Below are positions 12,700-26,885 of a stretch of 64,000 nucleotides of DNA, piece after piece. The translations under genes were made by a program, and so were the position numbers. Under the pieces are notes generated by a model. The model ran no database searches, had not been told where the DNA came from, and saw only the letters and a list, made by a program, of their open reading frames with translations. Every line of letters starts with the position of its first letter. The first letter of the stretch is position 1. The DNA is from Felis catus (Eukaryota). Where the stretch lies: assembly GCF_018350175.1 (NCBI RefSeq), contig NC_058368.1, positions 152,584,001 through 152,648,000 on the forward strand, read 5' to 3'.

Positions 12700-13560
12700 G
12701 AGTGAATAGTTGTTGAGAATCTACTACTGCCAGACACTGTGCTAAAAGAAATGAAACAGTGAGCAAAGTGGGAATAGTCCTTGCCTTAATGGGGCTTACA
12801 GTCAAATGAAGTAAAAACATTAAATAAAAACACACTGTCCTCAGTGGGAGATCAGGGAAGTTTCTTCGAAGAAATGTAATTGGAGCCCGGGTTGCATGAT
12901 GAGTAAATTTACTAAGATGGAATTGGCAGAAGAACATCCGAGAAAGACCAGGTTTGTGGGGGAAATCATGAGTTACAGTTTAGAAGTGGTCTTTAAGTTT
13001 CGTTTGAAATATACAAATAGAAATGTTGAGCATGTTGTTGGATACAGGGGGATGGACTTCAAAATGGAGATGATAGGGATCAGCATAGGTACTATAATTG
13101 AAACTGTGAGGAAGGGTGAGATTATCTAGGCTGAAATTAGAGAACTAGAAGAAATGAGGGCCTAAGCCTAAACTTGGAGGAATGCCAAAATTTAATGGGC
13201 TGGTAGAGGAGGTTGAATCAGCAAAGAAAGGAGATGGAAGGAGAAGGGATGGGGAGGGAGAGGGGAGAACCAGAAGAGAGTGGAGTCACAGAAGCAAGAG
13301 TATGCAAGAAATACAGACCATTTCAAATGGTGATCAACAGTGTTAAAGGAGGTTAAACAAAATTGCTATGAGGTCAAGTAAGATACAGATTGGAAAATGT
13401 AAACTAATTTTTGACTTATTGATCATTGTTGCCCTCAGGGAGAGCTTTTTAAAAGATTTGTAAGCATGGAATTCAGATTGGAATGGATTAAACAGTAAAT
13501 GGGAATTTAGGAAAAAGGGACAGAGAGCGTAGATGAATGTTTGGGAAATTTGGATATGAA
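12700..13560 (-). mobile_element. LINE-2 fragment
   Basis: ttgttgagaatctactactgccagacactgtgcta L2 3'-end signature followed by a purine-rich L2 body. Confidence 0.7.
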
Positions 13561-13572
13561 GACTAAAGAAAT

Positions 13573-14580
<1,008 letters not shown>

Positions 14581-14720
14581 AATAGAGAAAAAGGGAAGTA
14601 GCCAGACAGGTTAATAACAGTAGGGTTAGCAATTAAGCAGAAGAGATTTCCTCCCTTACCCCTCTCTTTTTTTCTAGGCCTGATATTTTGCATTTTGCTT
14701 TTTAAATAGACTTCATTTTT

Positions 14721-16102
14721 TTTTTTACCATTTTATTTAATTTATTTTTTTTAATTTACATCCAAGTTAGTTAGCATATAGTGTGACAATGATTTCAGGA
14801 GTAGATTCCTTAATGCCCCTTACCCATTTAGCACATCCCCCCTCCCGCAACTCTCTGTTTGTTCTCCATATTTAAGAATCTCTTATGTTTGGTCCCCCTC
14901 CCTGTTTTTATATTATTTTTGCTTCTCTTCCCTTATGTTTATCTGTTTTGTATCTTAAAGTCCTCATATGAGTGAGGTCATATGATATTTGTCTTTCTCT
15001 AATTTCGCTTAGCATAATACCCTCTAGTTCCATCCAGGTAGTTGCAAATGGCAAGATTTCATTCTTTTTTGATTGCTGAGTAGTACTCCATTGTGTGTGT
15101 GTATGTATATATATATATACCCACATCTTCTTTATCCATTCATCCATCGATGGACATTTATGCTCTTTCCACACTTTATTGTTGATAGTGCCACTATAAA
15201 CATTGGAGTGCATGTGCCCCTTTGAAACAGCATACCTCTATCCTTTGGATAAATATCTAGTAGTGCAATTGCTGGGTTGTAGGGTAGTTCGATTTTAATT
15301 TTTTGAGGAACCTCCATACTGTCTTCCAGAGTAGCTGCACCAGTTTGCATTCCTACCAGCAGTGCAAAAGAGATCCTCTTTCTCCGCATCCTTGCCAACA
15401 TCTGTTGTTGCCGGAGTTGTTAATGTTAGCCAGTCTGACAGGTGTGAGATAGTATCTCATTGTGGTTTTGATTTGTATTTCCCTGATGATGAGTAATGTT
15501 GAGCATTTTTTCATGTGTCAGTTGACCATCTAGATGTCTTCTTTGGAGAAGTGTCTATTCATGTCTTTTGCCCATTTCCTCACTGGATTACTTGTTTTTT
15601 GGGTGTTGAGTTTGATAAGTTCTTGATAGATTTTGGATACTAACCCTTTATCTGATATGTCATTTGCAAATACCTTGTCCCATTCCGTCGTTTGCCTTTT
15701 AGTTCTGCTGATTGTTTCCTTCACTGTGCAGAAGCTTTTTATTTTGATGAGGTCCCAATAGTTCATTTTTGCTTTTGTTTCCCTTGCCTCCAAAAACATG
15801 TTGAGTAAAAAGTTGCTGTGGCCAAGGTCAGAGAGGTTTTTGCCTGCCTTCTCCTCGAGGATTTTGATGGCTTCCTGTTTTTTTAGTTCTTTCATCCATT
15901 TTGAGTTTATTTTTGTGTATGGTGTAAGAAAGTAGTCCAGGTTCATTTTTCTGCATGTTGCTGTCTAGTTTTCCCAGCACCATTTGCTGAAGAAGACTGT
16001 CTTTATTCCATTGGATATTCTTTCCTGCCTTGTCAAAGATTAGTTGGCCATACTTTGTGGGTCCATATCTGGGTTCTCTATTCTGTTCCATTGATCTGAG
16101 TG
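14721..16102 (-). mobile_element. 5'-truncated carnivore L1 (about 1.4 kb, frameshifted ORF2 C-terminus)
   Basis: ORF2 peptides LTPYTKINSKW, NYWDLIKIKSFC and [15 protein letters not shown] aaatagacttcattttt at 14704-14720 and 16103-16119. Confidence 0.95.
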
Positions 16103-16119
16103 AAATAGACTTCATTTTT

Positions 16120-19100
16120 TAGAGCAGTTTTGGATTCACAGCAAAATTGAGCAGGTAAGTGCAGGTTTCCCTTATACTTCCTGCCCCCATACATGCATAG
16201 CCTCCCCCATTATTAATATCCCCCACCAGAGTGATACATTTGTTACAATTACGGATCCTACCTTGACATATCATTATTACACAGAGTCCATAGTTTACAT
16301 TAGGATTCACTCTTGGTATTGTACATTCTGTGGGTAAAGGCAAATATATAATGATATGCATGCACCATTGTAATATCATACAGAGTACTTTCACTGCCTT
16401 AAAAATTCTCTGTGCTCTGCCTATTCATCTCTTTCTCCTCCTTACCCCTGGCAACCACTGATCTTTTTACTGTCCTCATAGCTTTGCCTTTTCCAAAATG
16501 TCATATAGTTGGAAGCATTCAGTATGTAGTCTTTTCAGATTGACTTCTTTTACTTAATAATAAGCATTTAATTTTCCTCCATGACTTTTCATGGCTTCAC
16601 AGCTCATTTTTTGTTAGTGCTTAATAATATGGCATTGTCTGGATGTGCGACAGTTTGTTTATCCATCTCCTTACTACAGGCATCTTGATGGCTTCCAAGA
16701 TTCGGGAGTTATGAATAAAGCTGCTATAAACATCCACTATTGTGTAGACATAAGTTTTCAACTCCTTTGAGTAAATACCAGGGAGCATGATTGCTGGATT
16801 GTATGGTAAGAGTATACTTAGCTTTGTAAGAAACCACCACAGTCTTCCAAAGTTGCTCTACCATGTTGCATTCCCACCAGCAACCAATGACAGTTCCCGA
16901 TTTTATATATCCTGGCTAGCCTTTGGTGGTAGTGTTCTGGATTTTGGCCATTCTAATAGGTGCATAGTAAGTATCTCACTACTGTTTTAATTTGCACTTC
17001 TCTGGTGACTTATGATGTGGAGCATCTTTGTATGTATTTATTTGCCATTTGTATATCTTGTTTGGAAAGAGGTCTGTGGCCCATTTTTTAATGTTTTGTG
17101 TGGGTGTGTGTCTGTGTGTTCTTATTGTGAAGTTTTAGGAGTTCTTTGTATATCTTGGATAACAGTCTATAAGAAAAGCTTACTCATGCTGTATCTCCTT
17201 TAGTCTCCTACCACTACTATACTCGCAACATTTCTGACACCAGGTGTATGGAATTTTTTTTCCCCACACCAAGCAGTTCTCTGCAACACCAGCTGGCTGT
17301 CTTACAATTTAATTCAGTTCCAAAATCAACTGGAATTAGCACAGACCCCACATGTTAAGGACTCAGTCCAGCTCCCCACTTCAAAAGCCAATTACAAGTA
17401 GTAGGTTCCCCAGATTACCCATAATTTCTATCCGACTTGGCTACAGATCAGGGGTTCCTATGACCCTCCTGCCACTTGGATTTCATTTACTAGAACAGCT
17501 CACAGAACCCTAGGAAACATTTAGGTTTGCCGGTTTATTATTTAATAAAGATATGATAGTGGATACAGATGAACAGTCAGATGAAAAGGTAGATAAGGTA
17601 AAGTCTAGAACGATTCCTAACACAGGAACTTTTCTGTCTCCCTGGAGCTGGGGTGCCCCACCTTCCCAGCATGTGAATGTGTTTACCAACCTGGAAGCTC
17701 CTCAAACGCCCATACTTTGGGGATTTTTATAGAGGCTTCATCACATAGGTATGATCAATCATGAACTCAGTCTCAAGTCCCTTTCCACTCCAGGGGAATG
17801 GAGAATGGAGCTGAAAATTCTAGGCTTTTAATCATGGTTTGATCTGTCTTGTGCCCTTATCCTGAAGCTGTCTAGGAGCCCCCCAAGAGTTGTCTCCTTA
17901 GAACAAAAGACACTCCTATCACGCAGTAAATTTCAAGGGATTAGGAACTCTGCCAGGAACTAAGGTCAAAGACTAAATATTAGAACAAAAGATGCTTCTA
18001 GTGTTTTTATCACTTAGGAAATTATAAGGGTTTTAGGAGTTCTGTGCAAGGAACCGGGAAGAGAGACCAATATTTTTTTGTATTATTTCAAATAGTGCTT
18101 TATCAGATACGTCTTTTGCAAATATTTTCTCCCAGTCTGTGGTTTTTCTTCTCATTTTCTTGACATTATCTTTTGCAGAGCAGAATTTTTTAATTTTAAT
18201 GAAGTCCACCTTATCAGTTATTCCTTTCATAGATCGTGGCTTTGGTGTTACATCTAAAAGGTAATTACCAAACTCAAGGTCATCTACAGTTTTATAGTTT
18301 TGTGTTTTGTATTTAGGTGGTGATCCATTTTGAGTTCATTTTTGTGAAGAGTGTAAGGTTTTTTAATGTTTGTTTATTTTTGAGAGAGAAAGGGGGAGGC
18401 AGAGAGAGAAGGAGACAGAGGATCCAAAGCTGGATCCAAAGCTGGTTCCGTGCTATCAGCGCAGAGTCTGATGTAGGGCTCAAACTCATAAACTGTGAGA
18501 TCATGACCTGAGCCAGAGTTGGATACTTAACTGACTGAGCCACCCAGGCACCCCTATATTCACTTTTTTTTTGCTTGAGGAAGTTTAGTTGTTCCAGCAT
18601 CATTTGTTGAAAAGACTCTTTTCTCCATTGTATGGCCTTTGCTTCTTTTTCTATATTTTTGTGGGTCTATTTCTGGGCTCTCTATTCTATTCCATTGACC
18701 TTTGTATATTCTTTCACCTTTACCGGGAAGTCTTGATTATCAGAGCTGTAGAGTATGTTTTAAAGTCTGGTAGTGTCAGTCCTCCAACCTTGTTCTTTCC
18801 TTCAATTTTGCGATGCCTATTCGAGATCTTCTGCCTCTCCATTTAAACGTTAGAAACAATTTGTTGATACTATAAAATAACTTACTAGGATTTTGATTGA
18901 GATTGTATTGAATCTATAGATGAAGTTGGGAAGAACTGTCATCTTCACAGTATTGAATCTTAACTATCCATGAACATGTAATATCTCTCCATTTATTTAG
19001 ATGTTTGATTTCATTCTTCAGAGTTTTATAGTTTTCTTCATATAGACTATGTACATATTTTGTTAGATTTTATCTAAGTGTTTCATTTTGGGGGTGCTAA

Positions 19101-19920
19101 TGTAAACAGTAGTAGATTTTTAATTTCAAATTCCACTTGTTCATTGTTGGTATATAAGAAGGCTATTGACCTTTGTGTATTACCCTTGTATCCTGCAACC
19201 CTGCTGTAATCACGTATTAGTTTCCAGAGTTTTGGTCTCATTCTTTCAGATTTTCTGCATAGATGATCATGTCATCTGTGCACGAAGATAGTTTTATTTC
19301 TTCCTTCCCAATCTGTTTACCTCTTATATCCTTTCCTTATCTGATGGCATTAGCAAGAACTTCTAGTACAATGTTGAAAAACAGTGGTGAGAGGGAACTT
19401 TCTTGCCTGGTTCTTAATCTTAGTGGGAAAGTGTTAAACTTTTCACCTTTAAGTATGACGCCAAGCCTTTCACCATTAGATGTAGCTATCGTTTTTTGGG
19501 TGGCTATTCTTTATCAAGTTTAGGAAGTTTCCCTCTATTCTTTGTTTACTAAGAGTTTTTCGTTATGAATCGGTGTTTGATTTTGTCAGAGGCTTTTTGT
19601 GCATCTGTTGATACGATCATGTGATTTTTTTTCTTTAGCCTGTTAATTTGATGGATTAAGTTAATTGATTTTGGAAGATTGAACCAGCCTTACATACCTG
19701 AGATAAATCCTACTTAGTTGTGATGTATTATTCTTTCTATACATTGTGGGATTAGATGTGGTAAATATTTTGTTGAAAATTTTTGCTTATATGTTCATGA
19801 GAGATTGATCTTCTGTTTCCTTACTTATAATATTTGTCTGGTTTTGGTATTAGGGTAATGCTGGCCTCACAGAATGAGTTAGGAAGTATTGCTTCATCTC
19901 CTGTCTGCTGAAAGAGATCC
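16120..19920 (-). mobile_element. Older L1M-type element split by an LTR and a SINE (18360-18555)
   Basis: L1 3'UTR at 16120-16700 and ORF2-like remnants (DFIKIKKFCSAKD, DWEKIFA) that continue across the insertions. Confidence 0.85.
17168..18090. mobile_element. Solo LTR, MER21-like
   Basis: About 0.9 kb block interrupting the L1 (ggataacagt | gctttatcagat). Motifs ttctgacaccag, ccccacaccaagcagttctc, acaccagctgg and acagacccca recalled from MER21-family LTRs. Confidence 0.7.
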
Positions 19921-20117
19921 CCCTCCCCTTTTTAACAGCTTTATTGAGGTATCATTGACATATGATTAAAATGCATATATTTGAATATATAATTTGGTAA
20001 ATTCTGACACATGTATTTAAAGTGGAAGTATTTCTATTTTGTTTCATTTCAAAGCTACAGTATATAAGAATATTTAGCTTGATTGAGTACAAAATATTAT
20101 GTTAAAAACCCAAAATA

Positions 20118-20340
20118 GGGGCGCCTGGGTGGCTCAGTCAGTTAAGTGTCCGACTTCAGCTCAGGTCATGATCATGATTTGTGAGTTCAAGCCCCGCGTC
20201 AGGCTCTGTGCTGACAGCTTGGAGCCTGGAGCCTGCTTCGGATTCTGTGTCTCCTTCTCTCTCTGCCCCTCCCCAATTTGTGCTCTGTCTTTCTATGTCT
20301 CTCAAAAAATAAATAAATGTTAAAAAAATTTTTTTTAAAA
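20118..20340 (+). mobile_element. Carnivore SINE
   Basis: Full head, body and A-tail. Confidence 0.93.
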
Positions 20341-22367
20341 AACAAAATATTGTACATTGAGATATAATAGTTTTATCTGCTGTTTTTTTATACCTTTGGC
20401 TTTTATTGGGCAAATATATTATTTTTACAATATAATAACATGTGCATTAATGATACTGGTCATGTCCTAGTGGATCGTAAATTTGTAGCAGACTTTAAAG
20501 AGCCAAAAAGAATGTATCTGATTTGGAAAAATTAATTTTTTCAAATACATCCCACTGACTACTCATCCCTGGAACTTTATATACACATTGATTATTAGTT
20601 AAAACTTCCAGTGTGTCAGAATTTCCATTTGTTAAAAAACAAAACAACAACCATAAAACTTTGTTTCCATTCTGAGCTTTTTTTTTTTTTTTTTTGCATA
20701 TTGTATAGTTTTTGTGTTTTATTCCTGGTAAACTTATACTCTCCTTTTTGTTAAGATGGCCTCTACTGATTTACATGAAAGTAAATAGTACCCAAAGGGC
20801 CAAAGGCTGAAAAAGTTTTTTCTTGAAGAACCAGCTATTGGCAGATATTGAAAGAAACAAACAAAAATTCAAATATATGCATGTATTTGGCCAAAGATGA
20901 GGGAAAAATGCCTGTTCATGTTTTGAGGTTAAAACAGTCTTTTAACAAATTTTGGAAATTTGACACTTCTCCCCAGTTGTACATAAAAGAATTAGTGATT
21001 ATGTAAAAACAGTTTAATAAATAGCAAAAGATACTTAGTTGCCTTTTGGCAACTGACTTTCTTGGTTAAGAAATTAGTAGTTTTTAATAAGTTCATTTAC
21101 CTGACCATGTTCTATAATACCCATTAAACAGACTTATGTGTTATGAAATTTAAATAATTCAACAGAAGATTCTTAGAGAAAAAGACTTCATTATGTGAGT
21201 AAACTATATTCTTAGCTAATGTTTTCTGATTTCAATATCATAATATATATTGAAATCTAGTTCATATATGATACTATATTTTATGTGCTCCAGTTCAAAT
21301 TAAACAGTCTTTACCCTCAAGGGGAACAGAAAAAGTTACCCATGATTAAATCTACCTATTACCTTTTTTTGAACAAAACTTCACATAAATATGTTTGGGG
21401 TTCTGAGTTCAGTGACTCCCTAAAGGGCAATTTGGTATGTAACACAGTAAATTGTAATTCCATCAGTTATGGGTCATCTACCACAATCTAGAAATTTCTT
21501 CTTTTATAAGTTAAATGTTAATCTTTAACAAAATTACATATTTCTGAGCTATATTTTCCTGTGTTGCCAAGTAATTTCTAGGTATTTAGCTTGATTTGGG
21601 GAAAGGACTATAATACTTTCAATCACAATGGGACAATTTTGTAGCATATCATAATGCCTTGGTGACTGACTGGAAGGATCTATATGTGAAATAATTCTCT
21701 ATGCCCTGAAGTTTTACAATAGCTTCAAAATGCAATGTTTTTTATATGGCTCAAAAAAATTACCCCAATGCCATTAAAACATTTATACTGCTTTGACTTT
21801 TCAGGTTCATATAATGGGCATATTCAGGGTAGCCATTTTAATCTTCATTCCAAAGATAATGCTTATGTTGTGTGAATATAACCTCTTTCTCATTTCCTTA
21901 ACCATTGACAAATGGTTATTTATTTATTTATTTATTCTGCACTTGTTTTTTTATTTTCCGAACCTGGTCAAATTGCCCTACTTAAAACAAAGTACACCAA
22001 TCAGTGACCAAGAAGCCAATGCAGATGATATATTTGTGAGATTCTTTCACTGGTCCTCTGGTGCTTCTTCCTGAAGTAACATTTTAGCATTTGGGCTTAA
22101 TAACATTAATTGCCAGTACAGATTTTCAGTGCTAGTAAAAAGATATGTGGTTACGGTCTTAAAAAACTTCCTATTAAGTGATTATCGTTGACTCCTGATC
22201 ATGGAAAATTGGGGAGGCATGCTGATTGATTTTGTTATTCTTTTGGAAAATTCAGTGTGCAAATTGGGTGACTGCCCAGTAGGACATATCACTATGCTAG
22301 ACAGCATATGAAATATAATACACAGTTTCTGTTATAGAAATATATGTTAACAGCGGTTTTACTTTAG

Positions 22368-22450
22368 CAGGCCCCAAATCCCAAAAAGCAAAGGCTACGG
22401 GCAAAGGCGCGTCACTCACTAATACTGCAGATGTATTGAAAAAAATCGAG
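22368..22450 (+). CDS. POLR3G: POLR3G coding exon (tandem TAGCAG acceptor; alternative start 22371)
   Basis: ttttactttag|CAG, donor GAG|gtaagg. 83 nt encoding (A)GPKSQKAKATGKGASLTNTADVLKKIE, restoring phase 0. Not shown in the ORF track. Confidence 0.93.
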
Positions 22451-22799
22451 GTAAGGTTTTCTTCTTACCGTAAGAGCAAGCTGTAAAAGTATCATGCCTC
22501 CTTCACCTTCTTCACTCTTTACACCTTCTCTCACTTGTTAATCGTACCTAGATTTGGCAAAACCAATCCCAGCACACAGGGTAACTAGAAGGATTTGAAC
22601 ATTGTTGGCTGGTAGATAAGGAGGCTCCATCCTGTCCTTCATTACCACTTACCTGTCAACTTACCTTACCTTCTGTCGCCTACTTCCTTTCCCATGTATC
22701 CTATTTTCCCCTTGAATGTCTGTGTATTCTTACTTTCCCCGGCACTGGAATTATGTATTGGAAAGAAACACAAAAGAGTTTTATATACCTAAAATGTAT

Positions 22800-23031
22800 T
22801 TTTTTTAATATTTTTAAATTATTTTTTAAGTTTATTTATTGTGAGAGAGAGACAGAGATAGAGTGCATATGCACAAAAGGGGAAGGGGCAGAGAGGGAAA
22901 GAGAGAATCTCATGCAGGCTCCATGCTTACTACAGAGATCGACCCAGGGCTCGTCTCACAACTGCAAGATCATGACCTGAGCGAATGTCAAGAGTTAGAC
23001 TCTTAACCGACTGAGCCACCCAGGCACCCCC
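22800..23031 (-). mobile_element. Carnivore SINE
   Basis: Reverse SINE flanked by aaatgtattt. Confidence 0.9.
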
Positions 23032-23748
23032 TGAAATGTATTTCTTTTAAAAACCTCTCATTGTTTTTTCCTATTATTGTATATGTACTTTTTTAATGCT
23101 TTTTTTCTGTCTCATGTTGAGTGCTTTGAGAGAAAAGTACATCTTACGGAACTTAAGTTTATATCTTCATTGTTTTTAATATTTCAAAAATAAAAAAGAG
23201 AAAGTATCCAAAAGGTTAATAAACTGAAAATTTCTCCTCCCATTCTTGCGCCTAACCATCCAGTTCCCCCCTTATAGACAATCAGTATTCCCTGTTTCTT
23301 ACAGATCTTTCAGAAATAGTTTATGTATAACAAATACAGATTTTTTTCTTTTTCGTTTTAAAGACAAAAGTTAGCATATTACACTCTTCTGCATTTTCAT
23401 TTTATTACTTGTAATCAATTGGAGATGATTCTATGTCAGTCTGTATAGACTTGCCTCATCCTTTTTTTTTTCTCCTTTTTTGCCTACCCTATAAGAATGA
23501 ATCATAGTTTATTGAACCAATACCCGATTGATGGACTTAATGTTTCATCTAGTGTTTTGCTATTATAAACAGTGCTGTAGTGAATTCATATTAAGTATGT
23601 CATTATACATATGTAAAGTAGATTTCTTGAAGTGCATTTCTTGGGTCAATTCTTATGTGTATTAGAAAATAGGGATGAATATTGACAGATCACTCTCAAT
23701 GGAGGTTATACCAATTGAGGAAGTCAAGGCTTTAAAACTTTTACTTGT

Positions 23749-23995
23749 TGGGGCACCTGGATGGCTTAGTTGGTTAAGCGTCCAACTTCAGCTCAAGTCA
23801 TGATCTCACAGTTCCTGAGTTTAAGCTCCACATCAGGTTCTCTGCTGTCAGCATGGAGCCTGCTTCAGATCCTCTGTCCCCCTCTCTCTCTGCCCCTCCC
23901 CCACTGGCTCACACACGTTCTCTCTCTCTCTCTCTCTCTCTCTCCCCCTCTCTCTCCCTCAAAAATAAAATAAACATTAAAAAATAAAAATAAAG
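23749..23995 (+). mobile_element. Carnivore SINE
   Basis: TSD aaaacttttacttgtt on both sides. Confidence 0.93.
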
Positions 23996-24497
23996 AAAAC
24001 TTTTACTTGTTTGGTCAAGTTGGCATAGCTATGTGGTAACAGAAACTCATGTTTGTTATTTTATTTTTTAACTAGTACTTGAGCTGGAGATAACATGTAT
24101 GAAAATAAAGCCAGGAGGATATTGAAGGAAAAGTGATAACTGTCAGGTTTAACTGTGGTAGAATGATGGATGAGGTTGCAGAACTTGCCAACTTATATTA
24201 ACTGAACACAGATTCAGACTGTTGTCAAAGCTTCTCAAAACTGCATATGACATGTGCTATAAGGAAGATTGATCTGAATGTAGTCTCATCAGAACAAATG
24301 ATGCTTCCAGGTTTTCTACATTTAAACACCTTTTTCATTTTGCACATTGTTAAAATTAGAGTTTTAAATCTAGAAATCTAAATGAGTTAGCTTTATTAAC
24401 TCTGAGTTAAAGAGTAAAATTAGCTTCTGGATGACTCTATTATTGTTTCATTTCTTTAGCAAAAGTAGCTGCAAATTTATTATAATAAAACTTATTT

Positions 24498-24705
24498 GGG
24501 GGCGCCTGGGTGGCTCAGTCAGTTAAGCGTCTGACTCTTGGTTTTGGCTCAGGTCATGATCTCTCAGTTCGTGGGATTGAGCCCCACATGGGACTCTGTG
24601 CTGACAGCATGGAGCCTGGTTGGGATTGTCTCTCCCTCTCTCTCTGCCTCTCCCATCCTCGTGCTGTCTCTCTCAAAATAAATAAATAAACTTAAAAAAA
24701 AAAAA
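24498..24705 (+). mobile_element. Carnivore SINE
   Basis: Full head, (CT) tract and A-tail. Confidence 0.92.
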
Positions 24706-25546
24706 GCTTCTGTGGATGGAGAAGGAGTAACATACAGTCAGATCTCATGATTAATGTGTGAATAATCAGACAGCAGTAAACTAATATTTGAGCTTGTATC
24801 TGTTTGATTTACAGGAAGCCCTCTCTGTAGGGTAGCTATGTATTATTTAAACTAGAAGAACTGTTCCCTTTCTGTAAGTTAACTGTTTGCAAAGTGTTTT
24901 CATGTTATGTCAATCACATTGTTCTTACAACACATCTGTAAGATAGTAGGGGTAAATAGTTAAATCTCACAGAGGAGAAAATGGAGACTAATAAGCAGAC
25001 AAACCAAAAATAGCAGTTTAACACAAAAAGAATAAAGTAGTGAGAGAATGTGTGTGGCTCTGAGATCATTTTTTTAAATTGCAGTTATCTGCAATAGTTC
25101 ACCGATTTAAGTATTTTATGGGTTTGATTTAGATCTACGTGGTAGAAACAAAGTTGTTATTTATTTAAATATATTTGAGGTGGCAGTAATGGAAATAAAG
25201 ACTTCCTAGTCATACACAGCACTGAATGAATTCTATATTTGAAAAATACTTTCCTTAATTAGCTTGAATAAGTGTATATCTAATTGTGAAATAATAGCTA
25301 ATAGCAGGATTTTTCAGATATAGTGTATACTTTTCACAGAGTTAAATAAACATGGTAGCACAGTTTTCTTTTAACTACACAATATTCATGGGTTGTAGGC
25401 CTCTTTACCGCAATATGATTAAAATAGAAAAGAAAAAACTCCATATGTTAATGTCAACATAGCATCATTATATGTGGGTATGTGTGTATGTGTGTACGTA
25501 TTTACAGACACTTCAAAAGATCTATAAACACTATTTTATATTCGCA

Positions 25547-25870
25547 GGGCTCGAATTCATGAACCAGGAGATCATGACCTGAGCTGAAGTCAGTCGCTTA
25601 ACCGACTGAGCCACCCAGGCACCCCAGAGAGCATTCAACTTTTGATCTCAGGGTCCTGAGTTCAAGCTCCAGGTTGACAATAAAGCTTACTTTAAAAGTA
25701 AATAAATAAAGGGCACCTGGGTGGCTCAGTCAGTTAAGCATTTGACTCTTGATTTTGCTTTGGCTCAGGTCATGATCTCACAGTTCGTGAGTTCGAGACC
25801 TGCATTGGGCACTGTGCTGCTGGTGCGGAGTCTCCCTCTCTCTCTGGCCCTTCTCTCTCAAAATAAATTA
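25547..25870. mobile_element. Cluster of partial SINEs (- 25547-25625, + 25630-25710, + 25711-25870)
   Basis: A truncated reverse SINE 5' half abuts a headless forward SINE, followed by another forward SINE. Confidence 0.8.
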
Positions 25871-26121
25871 AACAGGCATTTTGAAATGTTATCATTATAT
25901 TCTCTTTTCTCCTTTCATGTTGGAAGGACAAGAGAATAACATCCTGAAAGTGTCTCTCCATAAACTGAATCAACTCAATATTTTAGAAGGAGGTAGGAAG
26001 GAAATCATAAAAATAAAGCATTGTGCATTAGAGCTGATACCCTAGCAATACCTGAGATCTAGTTATGAACTAACAAAAACAAAGTAAATGCTAGTGTAAT
26101 GAGAAGACAGAGAGTCCCTCC

Positions 26122-26343
26122 TTTTTTTTTTAATTTTTAAAAAATGTTTATTTATTATTAAGAGACAGACACAGAGCATAAGCAGGGGAGGAATAGAGAA
26201 AGAGGGAGACACAGAATCTGAAGCAGGCTCCAGGCTCCAAGTTGTCAGCACAGAGCCTGACATGGGGCTTGAACTCACAAACTGTGAGGTCATGACCCGA
26301 GCTGAAGTCGAACACTTAACTGACTGAACCACCTGGGCGCCCC
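26122..26343 (-). mobile_element. Carnivore SINE
   Basis: Reverse full-length SINE flanked by agagt(c/t)cctcct. Confidence 0.92.
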
Positions 26344-26488
26344 AAGAGTTCCTCCTTTCTTGAGTGAACTCACAGTTTCCTAGGTGGTGGCCTGGAGTTT
26401 TAGAATAAGATGATAGGTTAACTATGTTCTCCTGAACTAAGCAGGGAGGTTAAAGTCCAGTGAATTCCATCTAAGTTAATGAAGTTCA

Positions 26489-26715
26489 AGGGCACCTAGG
26501 TGGCTTAGTTGGTTGGGCATCCAACTTCCGCTCAGGTCGTGAACTCACAGTTCATGAGCTCGAGCCCCACATCGGGCTTGCTGCTGTCAGCCTGTCAGCA
26601 CAGAGTCCACTTTGGATCCTTTCCCTCTGCCCCTCTCCTACTCATGTGCTCTCCTTCTCTGTCTCCCTCTCTCTCTCTCTCAGAAAAAAATAAAATAAAA
26701 TAAAATATTTTTTAA
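26489..26715 (+). mobile_element. Carnivore SINE just upstream of a POLR3G acceptor
   Basis: TSD ttaatgaagttca at 26476-26488 and 26716-26728. Confidence 0.93.
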
Positions 26716-26738
26716 TTAATGAAGTTCATTTATACCAG

Positions 26739-26885
26739 GAATTGGAAAAGAGAGGTGATGGTGAAAAATCAGATGAGGAAAATGAAGAGAAAGAAGGAAG
26801 CAAAGAGAAAAATAAAGAAGGCGATGATGATGAGGATGATGATGCTGCAGAACAAGAGGAGTATGATGAAGAAGAGCAAGAAGAG
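26739..26885 (+). CDS. POLR3G: POLR3G coding exon (acidic region)
   Basis: tttataccag| ... GAG|gtaatg. 147 nt encoding ELEKRGDGEKSDEENEEKEGSKEKNKEGDDDEDDDAAEQEEYDEEEQEE. Confidence 0.96.

Noticed and set aside
14908..16115. L1 ORF2-like ORFs as a functional gene
   Set aside because: A 5'-truncated, frameshifted retrotransposon copy.
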